64,000 nucleotides of DNA from Phaeosaccion multiseriatum (Eukaryota > Protista > Ochrophyta, other classes). Within the stretch, counting starts at the first letter, position 1. Each line of letters begins with the position of its first letter. A model generated the notes under the pieces. That model saw nothing but the letters and a program-made list of their open reading frames with translations. It did not search any database and was not told where the DNA came from. The position numbers were made by a program, and so were the translations under genes. Shown here in pieces: positions 47,002-61,458 of this stretch. The stretch is from positions 1,736,001 through 1,800,000 of the forward strand of contig OZ218954.1 of the NCBI GenBank assembly GCA_965112735.1. The letters are read 5' to 3'.

Positions 47002-47525
47002 CTTGCCATGAAGTGACGTAAGAGCGCCACTCCATTCTTCCCGGGCACACCACCGCTCGTACACATTCAGGCTTGCTATTGGTCTCGCTTCTCCGAGTGG
47101 CCCAACCACGGCGCTTCACCCCCCTGCCCCGTTCCGACCCTGCCTTCTTCGCGCAAGCTACCCCACCACCCCACCCGTTCAGTTCACTTCACTTCGTGAG
47201 ACCGTACTTATCCAAAAAAACCGAACGCGCGATCAAAAACAAGCCATCTGCATCTTCTCCTCTATTTAATACTACTACAAATAATAATAATAATAAACCC
47301 CACACCTTACCTTTCTCAAGTGTTGCCCGAGCTCCCTCTCCACTTGCGGCGTGGGGGCCATCATCGGCTGTGGTCGGCCCAGGGGAAGCCCTTCCTCCCA
47401 CTGCTCCTCCCGCACCTCCCGAAGCCACACCCTCCGCAGGGCCTGCACCAGGGCCAAGGGAGGCGGGGCTTCTTCTGACGGCCCTTTCTCGCCTGCTGCT
47501 ACTACTGTATCACCAACTGTTGTTG

Positions 47526-47563
<38 letters not shown>

Positions 47564-49540
47564 GCTGCCACTTGTGCCTCTTTAGCTTCTGCCAATCCCA
47601 CCGCGAATTTGAGGCTCCCTGTGGCTGTTGCTGCCTTCTCCATGGGAGCCGACGGCCCTCTTCCTTCTGCGAGCGTCTCTGCCCTTCCCGCCAAGGCTTT
47701 TGCATGCTTGTACGCCACCTCTGCTACCCTGGTGGTCGCTGCCGTCGCGGTGACTACCGCCATTCCTGCCTCGTTCGTCGCCAGCTTGGCTGCAGTCAAC
47801 ACTGCTGCGATCGCCTCTGGCGTTGGGGGAGGCGGCACTCTTGCCCCAGTAGCAGCAGCGAGAGCAGGAGGAGGAGGACGAGTGGGAGGGGAAGGCACGG
47901 CCGATGAGCGACTCGGCGACGACAAGACGGATGAGCCATTGCTAGCACCCGCCGCACCCGCGTCGAGTTCGCCTTCCTTCAGAGGCGCCCGCCCGGCGCT
48001 TCTTCCTCCTCCCCCGCGGCCCGCACTTGGGCTTCCCTCTACAGGCCCGCCAGAGCCGCCGGCGGAACGCTCTGGCCCGTAGAGGACTTGCTGGAAGGTT
48101 GGGGGAGGAGGAGGAGGAGGAGGAGGAGGAGGAGGAGGAGGAGCAGGGAGGGCTCGCGCGCAGGCTTGCCTCGGCGTCTCCCCACATGCCCCTGCGTAGC
48201 AGTCTCTCCTCCATTGGAAGCTCCGCGCCGACCCGTCGCTCTTGCGTGCAATGTTCACTGCGACACTTCTCTCCACGACCGCCCCTGCCGCCGCAGATGG
48301 CAGCGTGGGATTCTTCGTTCCCTCGTGCTCGCTCTGGTCCTCGCCATTCTCCTCCCACGACTCTGCCAGCACCTCGTCAAGCAGCTCTCCTTCGCTGAGC
48401 TCGCCGCTCAAGTCGTGCTCCTCCAGGAGTACACAGGGTGGGGTGTCCACGGCAGGGAGGGGGGCGTCGTGCTGCTGCTCGAGGTCAGGGAGGCAGGCCA
48501 GCGGAACCGGCCACGCACCCCACGGTAGAAGTGCAGGACGGGCCCAGCGCTTGTATGTCGTGAGCAAACGTCGCATCTGTGGAGGGAGGAGGGGGGGGGG
48601 GGTGTGTGATGAGTAGAGGGAAGGGGACAGGGAGAGGGGAGAGGTACGGGTCACTTGAAACACGCATTGGTTGAATAAGGACCCCCAGAGGAGAGGGTCA
48701 GAAGACGTGAGACCGAGTGCACCAGAGGAGGGCACTGGAGGAGGCGCCGGAAGATCAGAAACCTTCGCCCAGAAAGACATCAGGCGCATATATATAACTA
48801 ACCAAATCGCATTTTATGTCCACAGAAATCGAGCTCCCTTCTCTTCTACTCACCTCCCGCATTTCGGCATCCTTCTCTCGCTGCTCAAAGACTTGGCTCC
48901 TCCTCTGCCTCTCCTTGGCCTCTGCCTGGCGGCGATCTGCCTTCGTCGCTCCGGTGGACGCAGACTCGACTCCTCTCTTCGGCTTACCGTATGGCACGCG
49001 TATCAAGGTCGCCATCTGCGAGGACTTGTTCTGTGCATTGGCGGTGCTCTGCTTGTTCGTGGTCCCGGCCCTTTTGCGCGAAGACTTGTGCACCCCCTTC
49101 CTCATTGCAGCAAGGTCCTCCATCACTGTGGCTATATCCTGTCTTCCGTATTTCTTGCTATCGCCGTCTTCCTCCAGAAAAGCTTGCCGCTGTGCGAGAG
49201 CGTAGTCTAGCCCCTTGAGCCGCCGCTTACCGGGTTCCTGCAGTGGCGAGACGAGAGGCCCCTGCTGCTGCTGCAGCGCCAGCGCTCGCCGCCCCTCCTT
49301 GTAGCCAAAGTTGAAGAGCATACGCCCCTCTTCCAGATCTCGTCTCCGCTGCTCCCTATGCGTAAGCTGGAGGGACGGAGAACGTGCCTCGCCCCTGCTG
49401 CCTTCTTCGCCCCCTTCTTGCCCGAGAGGAGCAGCCCAATCGGCGTCGTCCTCGTCGTCGCCATAACGCCTCTGCTCCTCTACTCCACCGATAGGCCTCC
49501 TTCTCTTCCTGCTGCCCGACGCCATACTGGCAACCGGCAT
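46325..49540 (-). CDS. Hypothetical protein (NLS-like RKRRR, coiled coil, Pro/Ala-rich), multi-exon
   Basis: Long protein-like ORFs 48755-49540 and 47275-48789 with GT-AG signals; 3' exons tentative; no family recognised. Confidence 0.55.
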
Positions 49541-49733
49541 GGCGTCTTAACTTCTCCCCCTCCCTTCGCGTATGTAGTCTCGGGTGAGTAGGGGGGGAGG
49601 GGGGGAGAGGGGAGAGGGGAAAGGGGAAAAGCGATATCGAAAAGCGGCAAGATGGCACTAGACGGGCGATTACATCGCTCTCGCAACACATTATTATCAT
49701 CACATGGTGCTTTACGGCTCATGAGCTCATGAG

Positions 49734-50134
49734 ATGCTTTTCAGACTGCAAGCTGTGAGGGCTTGCCTATTGCCCAGGGCAGAGGCAGGAGCAGCAGGGG
49801 CAGTCTATAGTTCGCATAGAAGGAGGAGAGCAGCGGAACGAGGAGAAGGGGAAGGGAGCAGATTGCAGAGACCGCCACAGCCGCTGTCGTTCAGACCGCC
49901 GAAGCCGCTGCCGCAGTTATCTGCTGCTTACAGGAGCCTTTCCTCTTACGCGACAATGGAATCTCTGTCATCATCAGAGGAAGGTGCGAGATCCCGTTCA
50001 CTCCCCCAACCCCCCCCTCTCTTGTTTTACCTCAACTGTGCTTTTTTTCAAAGCCCGTCTCGCAATTCCAACCCGCATTTCCTCCCCTAAGTGCCCCCCT
50101 TATTCTGTCATTGTCTCCCTCTCTCCCTCTCTCT

Positions 50135-50215
<81 letters not shown>

Positions 50216-50219
50216 CCTT

Positions 50220-50251
<32 letters not shown>

Positions 50252-53080
50252 CTCTCTCTCCCTCCCTCTGCCTCACACTCACAAACATCGCGAACTGGGC
50301 TCGCAGAGGCGGTAGCGGCGGCGGAAGAAGCAGACCCTCGCGTGTATAGCAGCGTTTCGGGCTTTCGAGAGGCTAGACGGAAGGCGAAGGTGGCAGCAGG
50401 GGCGGCAGGGCGGCCCGCAACCGTCGGCTTCGTCCCCACAATGGGGGCCTTGCACGATGCACATCTCTGTGAGTGGGGGCGCACGTTGACCCCATCTTGC
50501 GTCGCCTGGCCGCGCCTCACCCCTCTCTCCCCCTCTCACCCCCACTGTACACCTACACTCTCCCTCGATGTGTGTGTGTGTGTGTGTGTGTGCGTGTGTG
50601 TATATGTTTGTGCTGCACGTAGCCCTCTTCCGCCGCGCCCGGGCCGAGTGTGACGTGGTGGTGGCCTCCATCTTCGTCAACCCCACGCAGTTCGGCGAGA
50701 ACGAGGACTTCGACGATTACCCACGCCAGCTGCGGCAGGACGTCGCGGCGCTCGACAAAGAGGGGCTCGTGGACTTGGTCTTCGCCCCGCAGAGAGAGGA
50801 GGTGGGAGAGAGCAAGGGGGGGCGGGGCGCAGTCGCTATTGCGTGTGTTGTGTGTGTGTGTGTGTGTGTGTGCATGCATCCAGCCCCCCTCCTCGATCAC
50901 GGGCAAAGCTTCCTCACCGGAGGCAGGTTGCGCGATTTTTTTTTATACATACACACAGAGAGAGAGAGAGACTTTCGTTGGCTCGACACACACTCTCTCG
51001 CTCCTGTTGCGTCGTGCTTCTCCTCCTTTTTCGTGCGTGGGAACACTACTCCACTGGAAGTCGCAGGCATGCACCCATTAAGCCCATATCCCTTCCCTCT
51101 TCTCGCTCAGATGTACGCTCCCAATCAGCGCATCTCCGTGAATGCTGGAACCTTCGAAGACTTACCCGAGGGGAAGGCCCGGCCCGGACACTTTAGCGGG
51201 GTGGCCACTATAGTGAGTAGTGAGCGGGTGGGTGGGTGGGTGGGTGGGTGGGTGCGCATGACTCTGTGTAGGGGGGGGCGGTGGTGAATGACTGGGTGGT
51301 GACTCGGTGACTTAAGTAAGTGCGTGAGTGCGTGCGTGCGTGCGTGCGTGCGTGCGTGGATGTGTGTACCGGGGGGCAAGCTGCTTGGAAGGAGACCACA
51401 CGCAAAGCGCTGGGCTGAAAAGAGGACGGCGTGTGTTTCAAGCCTCCCAATTGTAAGCAGCTCCTCCTCACCCCCCCCCCCCCGCCCTTCGCTGACATAC
51501 GACTAAGCCACTCTTCCCTCGGTCGTGCTGCTCCTCCTCGGCGTCATCACTGTCTCGTCTCTCCGTCTCTCTCCTGTCTCTTTTGTCTCACGTCTTTCAC
51601 CGCCTCTGATTGGCGGCGGTAGGTAGCCAAGCTGTTGAGCATTGTGCGTGCCGACAAGGCTTACTTTGGGCAGAAGGACGCCGCCCAATGCGTACTCATC
51701 CATAGGCTGGTGGAAGACCTCAACTTGCACACGCAGGTACAGGCGCACGAGAGGAGGGACGGGGTGAGAGGAGAGACTGCTCGGAGCAGCCACCCCTCTA
51801 CTTGTTAGACCGCCGTGGGTGGAGCTCGATACAGACTCTCTGAACGGAACTGCTGGGACTGGGGGGCCGTGGGGCCCAGCACTGCGGAGACCAATGAGGA
51901 GGGAGGGATGTGCCCCCAGTTGCCTAGCAGCTCACTCTCCTTCACAGAGACGACGACCAGTTTTAGTCTCAAGTTAGGCTTAGGCTTCGCTTAGGCACCG
52001 CACAGGGGAGACTGGTTGGACGCCTGGGCCCTGGCTCATGCAGTACAAAGAGTGCTGCAGCAGCTCGCCCTGACGGACGCGAGTGTATTTCTTCCCCACC
52101 CCATGCTCTGCCTCGGCTTTCTCTCTCTGTCTCACTGTCTCACTGTCTCACTGTCACTACCTCTGCGTCGCAGGTTGTGGTGTGTCCCACAGGCAGGGAG
52201 GCAGACGGGCTCGCCATGTCAAGCCGAAACGCGTATCTGTCCGCAGAGGAGCGTCACAGGGCCCCCGTGGTGTACGCCAGCCTGTTGAAGGGGCTGGAGG
52301 CTTTCCAAGGGGCCGTCGGGTCAGGTCAGTCAATCAGTCCGTCAGTCAGTCAGTCAATCTGTCAATCAATCAGTCAATCAATTTACTTACTGACCCGACG
52401 GTCTTGAAGGGGCCGTCAATCTCTCCCGAGGACCTGGCAAGTGAAAGCAAGGGGGTGCTCTTATATTACAGTGTGTGTGTATGTGGACTACTTCCTTCTT
52501 GTTGTTGTTTGGAATCGTGTCTATCGTAGGGGCCACGGGCGTGAGTAGCAGGAGCATCGTCGAGGCCGTGAGGAGACATCTCGACACGGAACCCCTCATC
52601 AAGCGCGTGGAGTACGTATCGGTGGGCAGTCCGGAGGTGAGAGCAGAAGGGCTCTGTCCATCCACTGCCTTCCATGTTACTACTTCCAGGGGTGGCTGTG
52701 ACCAGATCCCCCCCTCCCCTTTCCCCCCTAGCTCAATCCGTACATACTTATGTCTCTCTGTATGTGTGTGCGTGCGTGCGTGCGTGCGTGTGCGTATGTG
52801 TCTGTGTGTGTATGTGTGTGTGTGCGTGTGCGTGTGTGTGTGCGTGCGCGTGTGCGTGCGTGCGTGTGTGTATGTGTCTGTATGTGTATGTGTGTGTGCG
52901 TGTGTGTGTGTGTGCGTGCGTGTGTGTGTGTGTATCCAGACGATGGAGGAGGTGCGTGAGGTACAGCGCGATGCGGAGGCGGTGCTGTCCCTTGCCGTCA
53001 AGCTTGGAGAGGTCCGCCTCATCGACAACATTCGCATCCGCGCCGAGAGCCCAGAGGAGGAGGAGCAGGGGAGGAGATGA
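49734..53080 (+). CDS. panC: Pantoate-beta-alanine ligase (pantothenate synthetase) with N-terminal targeting-like extension, ~8 exons
   Basis: [23 protein letters not shown]...[52 protein letters not shown]. Confidence 0.95.
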
Positions 53081-53973
53081 AGGCTCAAGGCCGCCGATTG
53101 ATTGGTAGGCAGAGAAAGCCTACCTACCCTATGTAGGTCTTGGCTTTCGGCCACGTATGGTGTATCGTACCTGTAGAAGAGGGGAGAGGTGTGACGAAGA
53201 GGCAAAGAGGCAAAGTGAGGAGCCGTCCCTTGCCAAGTGTCAAGTGCCGCATGCGTTGCTTTTTAATTCCTGCTTTTTCTTTAATTTTTTATTAAAATTA
53301 AAATTAAAACAAACACGTATTTTTTTTCCTTCTTTTTTCAGCTTATTACTTCTGTTTTTTCTTTCACTACCTTCACACCGCATCCCCCCCTTGCCACCCC
53401 TAATCTGTATGCGGACGACAGAACCATCCGCCAATTTACACGCCAAACACTGACAGCTATGTTACAGTTACACCAGGCCTGCACACAAGCTGTTCTGTTC
53501 ACCACACGTTGTTCGCGGCGATGTGCCTCGCCGCTCCAAAAAGTTATGTACACCCATTTCGCTGTACTCCATAGGGGACAAAGATGGCGCTTCTCTGCCA
53601 ACCTCTGCCGCCGCCCGCCGTCCCCTCACCCCCTGCCGAAGCTGCAAGTAGGGAGAAGAGTTAGCTTTCTCCACCAGCACTGCTCACCCCTCTGAAAGCG
53701 AGAGGAAAGACTCTCCCCCCCTTTTATAGGGAGGGGGCCTCCCTGGGCCTCCCTCCCCCCCCCCCCCCCCCCACACGCCTGCACCACGTGTACTATTCTT
53801 TCTACAGCCGTTTCTGTGGCTACTGTCGCGTACATGTTTGATGTGATGGCGCGTCTTTACACTACTTGCACCCCCCTATTTCTACCGCGCCCCTTTGCCC
53901 TCCTGCCCGCCGTGTCTTTCTCTCTTTCTCCCGTTTCAGCTCTTACCACCTGCATTTCCTTCCTCTTTTCGTT

Positions 53974-56900
53974 CTATCGCTTCACCATCTTCGCCGCGAA
54001 GGAGGAATTCTGGTGAGCGGCGCCGCCCGACGTCCAGTTGCTACCGCTGCACACCCTGGTCATCTCATCCGACGACGACGAGAATACCTCAATGTACCTC
54101 GGGCCGAGCGTTTCGCGATCCTGTGTGTGCAGACAAGGCGAGGGAAGGGAAGCATCATAGGGAGGGACCCATCACAAAGGGAAAAGAGTGATCATCGAAG
54201 TGCTGGGAGCTGTGGGCACAGAGCAATGGGCAACCAACATACTGGCAGGGGAAAATCAAGAGGAACAGGTACGATATTATAGATCAGTCAGTCAGCCAGC
54301 CAGCCAGGCCGCTAGCCAGCCCAGGCCTCCCCCCCCACCTCCGCTAGCCAGCCACGCTGCTCCTCCAGCTGCACGCCAGCAAAGCGTCCAACCCCTCCCT
54401 CCCAAGCTTGGGTACCCCCCCCTCCCACCCTCCACCTTGGCCTATTTGGCATCCCAGCCGGACCTCCTACCTTCTCCATGGCCTTGATCTGGTCCGTCTT
54501 GCTCCCGAAGCAAACATAGGCCTCGCCCGTGACCCTGCCGTCGGCCCGAGTCACAAAGGCCACCCCTCCCTCCTCCTTGGTGATGGACAAGCCGCCGAAG
54601 AACCTCGACACCTCCTCCCTGCTGGTGCGGTACGGCAAGCCCCTGAGCCGAACTACATGGCCCTTCCCAATGGCCTCCAGTAAGGCCGCACGGCGCTCCC
54701 CTGCCGAGGAACAAGCGGGCCCAGGACAAGATGCCGCTCCAGCCGTAACTGCCGAGCTCCCCGCCCCGCCTGCTGCTGACGCCTTAACTGGCGATGTTGC
54801 TGGCGGTGCTGCTGCCGCCCCAGATGCTGTTGCTGGCCCCCCTCCTCGCTCCTCCGAGGCGCCGACGGACCGAGCTTGGGCCGAGTCCCCTCCGGTTGTT
54901 GCCCCTTCGATGGGGCCCCTTCGTGCACCGGTCACTGCGGGCACAGCGGCATCCTTCTCCCTCTCCCTCTCTACCTCCTGCTGCTGCTGCTCTCCCAGGT
55001 GCGCAGGGCTCGACAAAGACAAAGGGCCTCTCCATCCCGTGAAGGGCCCGGGCAAGGCCATGTGCAGCAGGGGGCTGTCGATGCATGAACTCGGTGATGA
55101 GGGGATGCACGTTGAGGCGGTAGGTGAGATGGGCAGCCCTTGGTGCCCTTGGTGCCCTTGCTGCCCCTGCCCCTGTCCTGCCGCACCGTCCTTGTGCCCC
55201 TTCTGGTGCTTCCCCACCACGCCCCCGCGCATGAAGTGGTCAGTGCTGGCGACGCTGACACTCGATGTGTTGAGCTCCGCCAAGGCGGTCAATAAGGGGG
55301 AGGACTGCGCTCCTCCGTACTCTCCTCTGTCAGCCTGATCCGACATGATATATACATCCTCATCCTTCGAGACTATGGATGCGCGGGCGCGGCCCCTTCC
55401 TGCTCCTCCTCCTCCTCCTTGACCTCCTCCTTGACCTCCTCCTTGACCTCCCTCACCATCTAGGGAGCTCCCCAACCCTACCCCCTGCGAGCCCGCATGC
55501 TGCTGCTGCTCGAGCAGGGCAAAACAAGCCGAGGGATGAGGAAGAGCCGAAGGGCCCTCCATAGACCTCGATTGGGCGTGGGGGTAGAAGGCATCTACCG
55601 GAGCCTCAACTGGAGCCTTCACGGGAGCCCTCCCCTCTTCTTGGGCCAGGAGAGCGGGGTACTCGCTACTGCTGAGCACGGCCCGATAGAACTCTCCCCG
55701 TCCCGCCCAGGCGCATTTGAAGCGCTGCTGCTGCTGCTGCTGCGGCGGCGGCGGCGGGCCAGGAGAGAGGTTGGCATGGCCGGTCCTTCCGCTTCCCTCG
55801 CCGCCCACACGCACGGCTTCCTCGGCATCGCGCTCGCTCCCAAACAGAACATAAGCCTGCGGTATAGCACACGGGGGGAAACAGGAGGGTGCAGGGGGGG
55901 GGGGGGGGGGGGGACAGGAGTCAAGGGTTTGGAGGAGAGCCCCCCCTCCGCCCGGAAATGGTCCTCCTCATCTCCTGCTGTCTGGGCAAATCCACGCCGC
56001 TTTCCTCCCCCCTTGTAACCGTTGAAACTGTTAAACCGAAAAAAAGCCTTTGCCTGTCCTGTACCTGTGGGGGGTGGAGGTCCGTCAGCACCACTTCCAC
56101 GGGCCGACCCACCGGCCCGCAAAGGTCCACCACGTGCTGGACGCTGAGGCCCACACGGCTGTTGTCACCCCGGTTGTTGTCGTCGCTGCTGCTGCTGCTG
56201 GTGGTGGTGGTGGTGGTGCCGTACACAGGCTGCACACGGACACAGGGGAAGCGCCCCAACGCCGCGGCCTTTGCTGCCCGGGCCGCCTCCGCCTCATCCA
56301 CCGCCTCCGCCTCTGCCTGCCCACCGGGGTAGCGCTGAAAGGCTCCGAGAGGTGTCCCGTCGTCCATGCTCCTTGGCGCTCCTTGGAGGGAGGGAGCATT
56401 CGTCGCGCCGCCCACTACACCCCCCTGTGGATGGTGGAGGTGGTGGTGGTGCATGTGCTGCTGCTGGCTGTCGTGGTGGTAGGATGGAGTGTGCTTGTGT
56501 TGGTCGTAGTGGTGGGGGTAGTGCTGTTGTTGTTGTTGTTGTTGCTGCTGCTGCTGCTGCTGCTGTTGCTGTTGTTGGTGCTGCTGCTGCTCCTGCTGCT
56601 GCTGCTGCTGCTGCGGATAATGAAGCTGACCCCTCTCGGAGAACGTTCCGGAGAACGATCCGCCGTGCGACTGACTGCGCTGGCCCATGTAAGGCCTCTG
56701 AGCCTCCGGCGCGCTTCCTGATAGCTGCATCTGATTTGAGCACAGGAAGGAAGCAAGGAAGGAAGGAAGGAAGGAAGGAGGCCAGCAAGGAAGGAAGGAG
56801 GCCAGCAAGGAAGGAAGGACAGAAAGGAATGCGGACAGTAAGCGCATAGAGAGGGCCCGAGCAGCTGACGTCACTACTTTGTACCTGTTGGCGCAAGGGT

Positions 56901-58242
56901 CCCGAAGATGCTCTGAATCTCTGCGCTCCCTCCCCGCCCCGCTCAGCTCCGGAAGGGTCCCACGTCAATGGACCCATGGCATCCAGAGAGCTTGCACCTG
57001 CCATGGAGGGGGATAAGGGAGACTGAAGTGAGGGGGTGGGGGTTCACATTGAGAGAGAGAGGCTAGGAGAGAGGTGCATCTGATGGAATGCATCAGCATC
57101 GTCACTACTCGAGAGAGAGAGGGAGGGAAGGAGAGAGCGACATCACGCCACTGCAACTGCACTTTGCCCCCCCCCCCCCTCCCCTTCGGAAGGATAACCC
57201 AGATGAGTGCGCATGCTATATACCCTGCCTACAGGGGCGTATTTTGCATCTTGCCCCCCACGTCACAGTAGATGGTGCTCATTATCGCAGCGAACCCGAC
57301 CCTGACCCGATCCTGCCCTTGTCTGCCCTCCTCCGCCCCTACCTCTCAGTTTGGTGAAGCTCAATTCAAAATCTCCGCCAAAGAGCCCTTCCCCTTGCTC
57401 CTCGTGTTGCTGCTGCAGCTGCTGGGGGCCTTCAAAGGTGGATCTCCGCTGCGGCCTGCTGGGTTGGCTCTGCTGTTGAAGTTCTTCGCGTCGGCCGTCC
57501 CAGCCAAGTTCGTCAAGCCCATGTCCATGCCCCGGAGCCGGAGGACCCTCCATTCCAAGCCTCGAGTAGTGCTGCTGTTGCGGTGCCTGCAGGCTGGAGG
57601 CAATGCCGTGACTGCCTACCCCTTCATCGTGCAGGCCGAGCGCCCCTGCTGCATCGCGCCCGTCTCGCCCCACCGCACGAGAAGAGCTAAAGCCGGCCTC
57701 GCCCACTAAAGGGCTACTGAACAACCCCTCCTCGCTGCTCCAGCCGCGGGAGTCGTGGAAGCTCGCGTCGCTATTGAAGACACCCTCCTCTCCCTCCCCG
57801 CGCCAGCCGCTGGCGTCGTGGTTCCCATCCGACAAAGTGTCTCTGTGCGGCCCGGGCCCAAAGGCATCGCTTGGGCGTAGATCCCACTGTTGTTGGCGCT
57901 GCTGCAACTGCGGTGGCTTGTGGTGGTGGTGGTGCTGAGGGTGCTCGTGTAGCTGCTGCTGATGCTGGTGAAGAGGCCTCTCGCTCCATTGGGCTGTGTG
58001 GAGAGAGAGGCGAAGGGATGCGGACGAAGGGTAGCTTAGCACATCTCAACACGAACGTTGTGAAAGAGAGGCAAGACTTGGAGAAGGACCATGGAAGGGC
58101 GCATACGAATGACGGAGGCGAGAGAAACATTCCACACACATCAATTTCTGCGCATCTTTCTTTCTTTCGTGGGCAAACTCAATCACTGCACTGCCCCCAA
58201 ACCATCCAGCGCACCATTAGTTACTATGCCCACGTCCGCCAT
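53974..58242 (-). CDS. hnRNP F/H-ESRP-like quasi-RRM RNA-binding protein with long Q/H/G-rich regions
   Basis: VVRLRGLPYRTSREEVSRFF...DGRVTGEAYVCF...AMEK|DRETLGPRYIEVF; a second degenerate RRM (FPCVRVQP...GEFYRAV). 5' exons tentative. Confidence 0.78.
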
Positions 58243-58718
58243 GTCGCTGGAGTGGCTTCTTCTTCTCCTATAAGCGAAGGTCTTGACTGGACAGTTGAAG
58301 AACCAGGGACCCGGGAGAGGAGCGTAAGTAGTGAATTTATGCAAAGGGAAGGAAGGAATCGAACTCCTCCACAACCTTCACAACCTTACCCGCAATATCC
58401 ACACGCTCCTCCTGCTCTCGTCCCTCTCTTCTCCTCTTCCAGAAGGTCAATTGGAAGCTGAAGAGCCAGTTGAGTTAAGTGCGTTGGAGTCGAGCGCGGC
58501 CGAATCCGGTGAACTCACAAATGTCGAGCCCCACTCCGAAATTTGCCCTCACCACTCCCTCCCTGTATCCCTGCTCCCAAGGGAGATAAGACCACAAGCC
58601 CCAGCTGACCCACCATTATCTCCCCCCTCTTCTCCTGTCGATTACCTCTAGCCCCTGTCTGCACCTCGCTCTTGTAGTCTCGAAGCCTCGTGCCTGGTTT
58701 CGAAAGGAGAGGTGTCAA

Positions 58719-61458
58719 ATGCCGTCTGACCAGGCTGACGAGAAGGGGAGCCTCCTTCCCCAATCAAGGATGGCGTCGGGCTATGGGTCGAAGAGTGGGG
58801 GAGGAGGAGGCATGCCAGCGCAGATAGCCATCAACCCCGACCAAAGGGATGAGGAGGAAGAAGGTGGGCCGGACTATGGCGACTACGCCAAGGCGTGTAT
58901 CTTCGGAGCGCTGGACGGAGTGCTGACGAGCTTTGCCATTATAGCGGGGGCCAGTGGGGGGGGGCTAGGCACACCCGTCATTGTAATTGTGGGAGTGAGC
59001 AACATTCTCGCTGATGGCTTGAGCATGGGTGAGTGAAAACGCAGTATTTGAAAACTGCATCACCGTTCCACTCTCGGGTCTTTGCCCGAGAGCCAGCGCC
59101 CAGACTCGATCTCCCTCGCCCTGATTAGCCATGTCTCATGTTGACGGCACCCTACAGGCATTGGAGAGTACTTGTCCAGCAAGGCGCACGACGAGTACGT
59201 TCAGCAGGAGAGAAGACAAGAGGTGGGTGGGGATGAATCGGGCAAGCAACGTGTGTCACGCACCTTGGGTGACGGCAAATTATGTTGGGCCCTCCTTCTC
59301 CTCCACCTCCACCACCTCCTCCTCCTCCTCCTGCTGCTGCTGCTGCTCATTTCTCCCCTGCTTTCCGCGTCTGGCTCGTAACGCGGCAGGAGTGGGTTTT
59401 GTCCAACGAGCGAGACCGAGGCATCAACGACATTGTCAACGCTTACATCAAGAGAGGCATGAGCGAAGAGGACGCTACGGCCATGATTGGTGAGTAGGTG
59501 GGCACGGAAATCGGGGGCGTTGCATCTTGCATAGCAAGCCCGCTCTCCTCTCCACCAACAACTGACGCGCCGAGGCCGCGTCCGCCTCGCCTCCGATTAG
59601 AACTTGATTTCCGTCATTCACCTTCTTTGCTGGTGCTGGTGCTGGTGCTGGTGCTGATGCTGATGCTGGTGTGTGCTGTCCTCCCGTCCCCTCCCCTCCT
59701 CTCCTCTCCCAGGCTGCATGGCCAAGTATGACGATATTTTGGTGGACACAATCGTCACCGAGCAACTTGGTGAGTGAGTAGTGGTGTAGGGGGCTGGGCG
59801 CTGGGATTGGGAAGATATAGAGATAAGATCACCCGGGCGCTGGCGAGGCCTCCCGCTCTACGCCTACGTCTCGTTCAGCTTCTCGACGGAAACTGCCCGG
59901 GCCATTCAGGCGATCCCTCCACACTCGCTTGAAACCCCATCTACATGCAATCCTTTGCGCCCTACTTTCCCGGCATTCTCTGAACATCTCTCCCTTCTGC
60001 CTTACTCCTGGCCGGTTGCCTTCCGCCCTCTACCCCTCCCCCACCTTCTGCTCTTGCTCCTCATGCTCCTGCTCCTCCTCCTCCTCCTCCTCCTCCTCCT
60101 CCTCCTCCTCCTCCTCCTCCTCCTCCTCCTCCTCCTCCTCCTCCTCCTCCTCCTCCTCCTCCTCCTCCTCCTCCTCCTCCTCCTCCTCCTCCTCCTCCTC
60201 CTCCTCCTCCTCCTCCTCCTCCTCCTCCTCCTCCTCCTCCTCCTCCTCCTCCTCCTCCTCCTCCTCCTCCTCCTCCTCCTCCTCCTCCTCCTCCTCCTCC
60301 TCCTCCTCCTCCTCCTCCTCCTCCTCCTCCTCCTCCTCCTCCTCCTCCTCCTCCTCCTCCTCCTCCTCCTCCTCCTCCTCCTCCTCCTCCTCCTCCTCCT
60401 CCTCCTCCTCCTCCTCCTGCTTCTCCCCCTCCTCCTCCTCCCCCTCCTCCTCCTCCTCCTCCTCCTCCTCCTCCTCCTCCTCCTCCTCCTCCTCCTCCTC
60501 CTCCTCCTCCTCCTCCTCCTCCTCCTCCTCCTCCTCCTCCTCCTCCTCCTCCTCCTCCTCCTCCTCCTCCTCCTCCTCTCCTCCTCCTCCTCCTCCTCCT
60601 CCTCCTCCTGCTCCTCCTCCTCCTCCTCCTCCTCCTCCTCCTCCTCCTCCTCCACCACCACCACCACCACCACCACCCACTCTCGGTGCTCTGGACCTAC
60701 TAGGCGTCCCGTCGAGCAAGGGTTCAACGGGAGAGTGCGAGAGTCTTCAAGAGGGCGTCATGATGTTCCTGTCCTTCGCCTTGGCCGGACTCCTTCCTCT
60801 TGTACCCTACTTGCTCTCCCCCTTCACGGCGAACGAGCGGTCGGCCTCTTCGCTGTTCAAGATATCGTGCTGGTGAGTGACTGCGTGGTGGGGTGGGGGG
60901 GGAGGGTCGCCGAGAGCGAGAGCGCGTGTGTGTGGCCGATGAGAGTCGGGTTTGTGTGCATTCTGGCAGCAAAGTGTAGCAGTTTAGAAGTTGCCACCGA
61001 AGGTCCAGTCCATGTATCAGCGATCGATCGATAGAGAGAGAGAGAGTGCGAGAGAGAGACAGAGCTGGTTTTGACTATACCTGAGGCGGCACTTGTGTCG
61101 AGAGAGCTGAAAAAGGACTGGACCTTGGCTGCACTTCGTTCCAGGCTGCACTTCCAAATCTCTGATCATCAAGCCGAGTGTGCCTCCACACCACTCGTGG
61201 TGGGTGCAGGACGACTGAATGCGTTGCTGACTTCTGATTCCTCCGCTGTCGTTGCTCGGTGTCCACAGGATTACTGTGTTTTCTCTCTTTGCCACGGGGG
61301 CGGCCAAGGGCTCGTTCGGCACGCGCAGCTGGCTCATGTGTGGGTTGGAGACTGTGTTGATCGGTGGTGCTTGCGCAGGGCTGGCCCACGAGATTGGCTC
61401 GCTGCTGCAGATGTGGGTGGGGGGCGAGGACGAGGACCAGCAGCAGCAGCAGCAATAG
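58719..61458 (+). CDS. VIT1: VIT1/CCC1 family Fe/Mn transporter, ~6 exons
   Basis: IFGALDGVLTSFAIIAGASG, GVSNILADGLSMG|IGEYLSSKA, FLSFALAGLLPLVPY, LFATGAAK, GLETVLIGG. Confidence 0.92.
60073..60680. repeat. ~600-bp (CCT)n microsatellite ending in (CCA)n, in VIT1 intron
   Basis: Direct reading; acceptor ctactag at ~60702 follows. Confidence 0.95.

Noticed and set aside
59929-61034. Long poly-S/L/E/R ORFs here and similar ones at 934-1467, 42738-42989 and 50091-50315
   Set aside because: Stop-free translations of intronic microsatellites.
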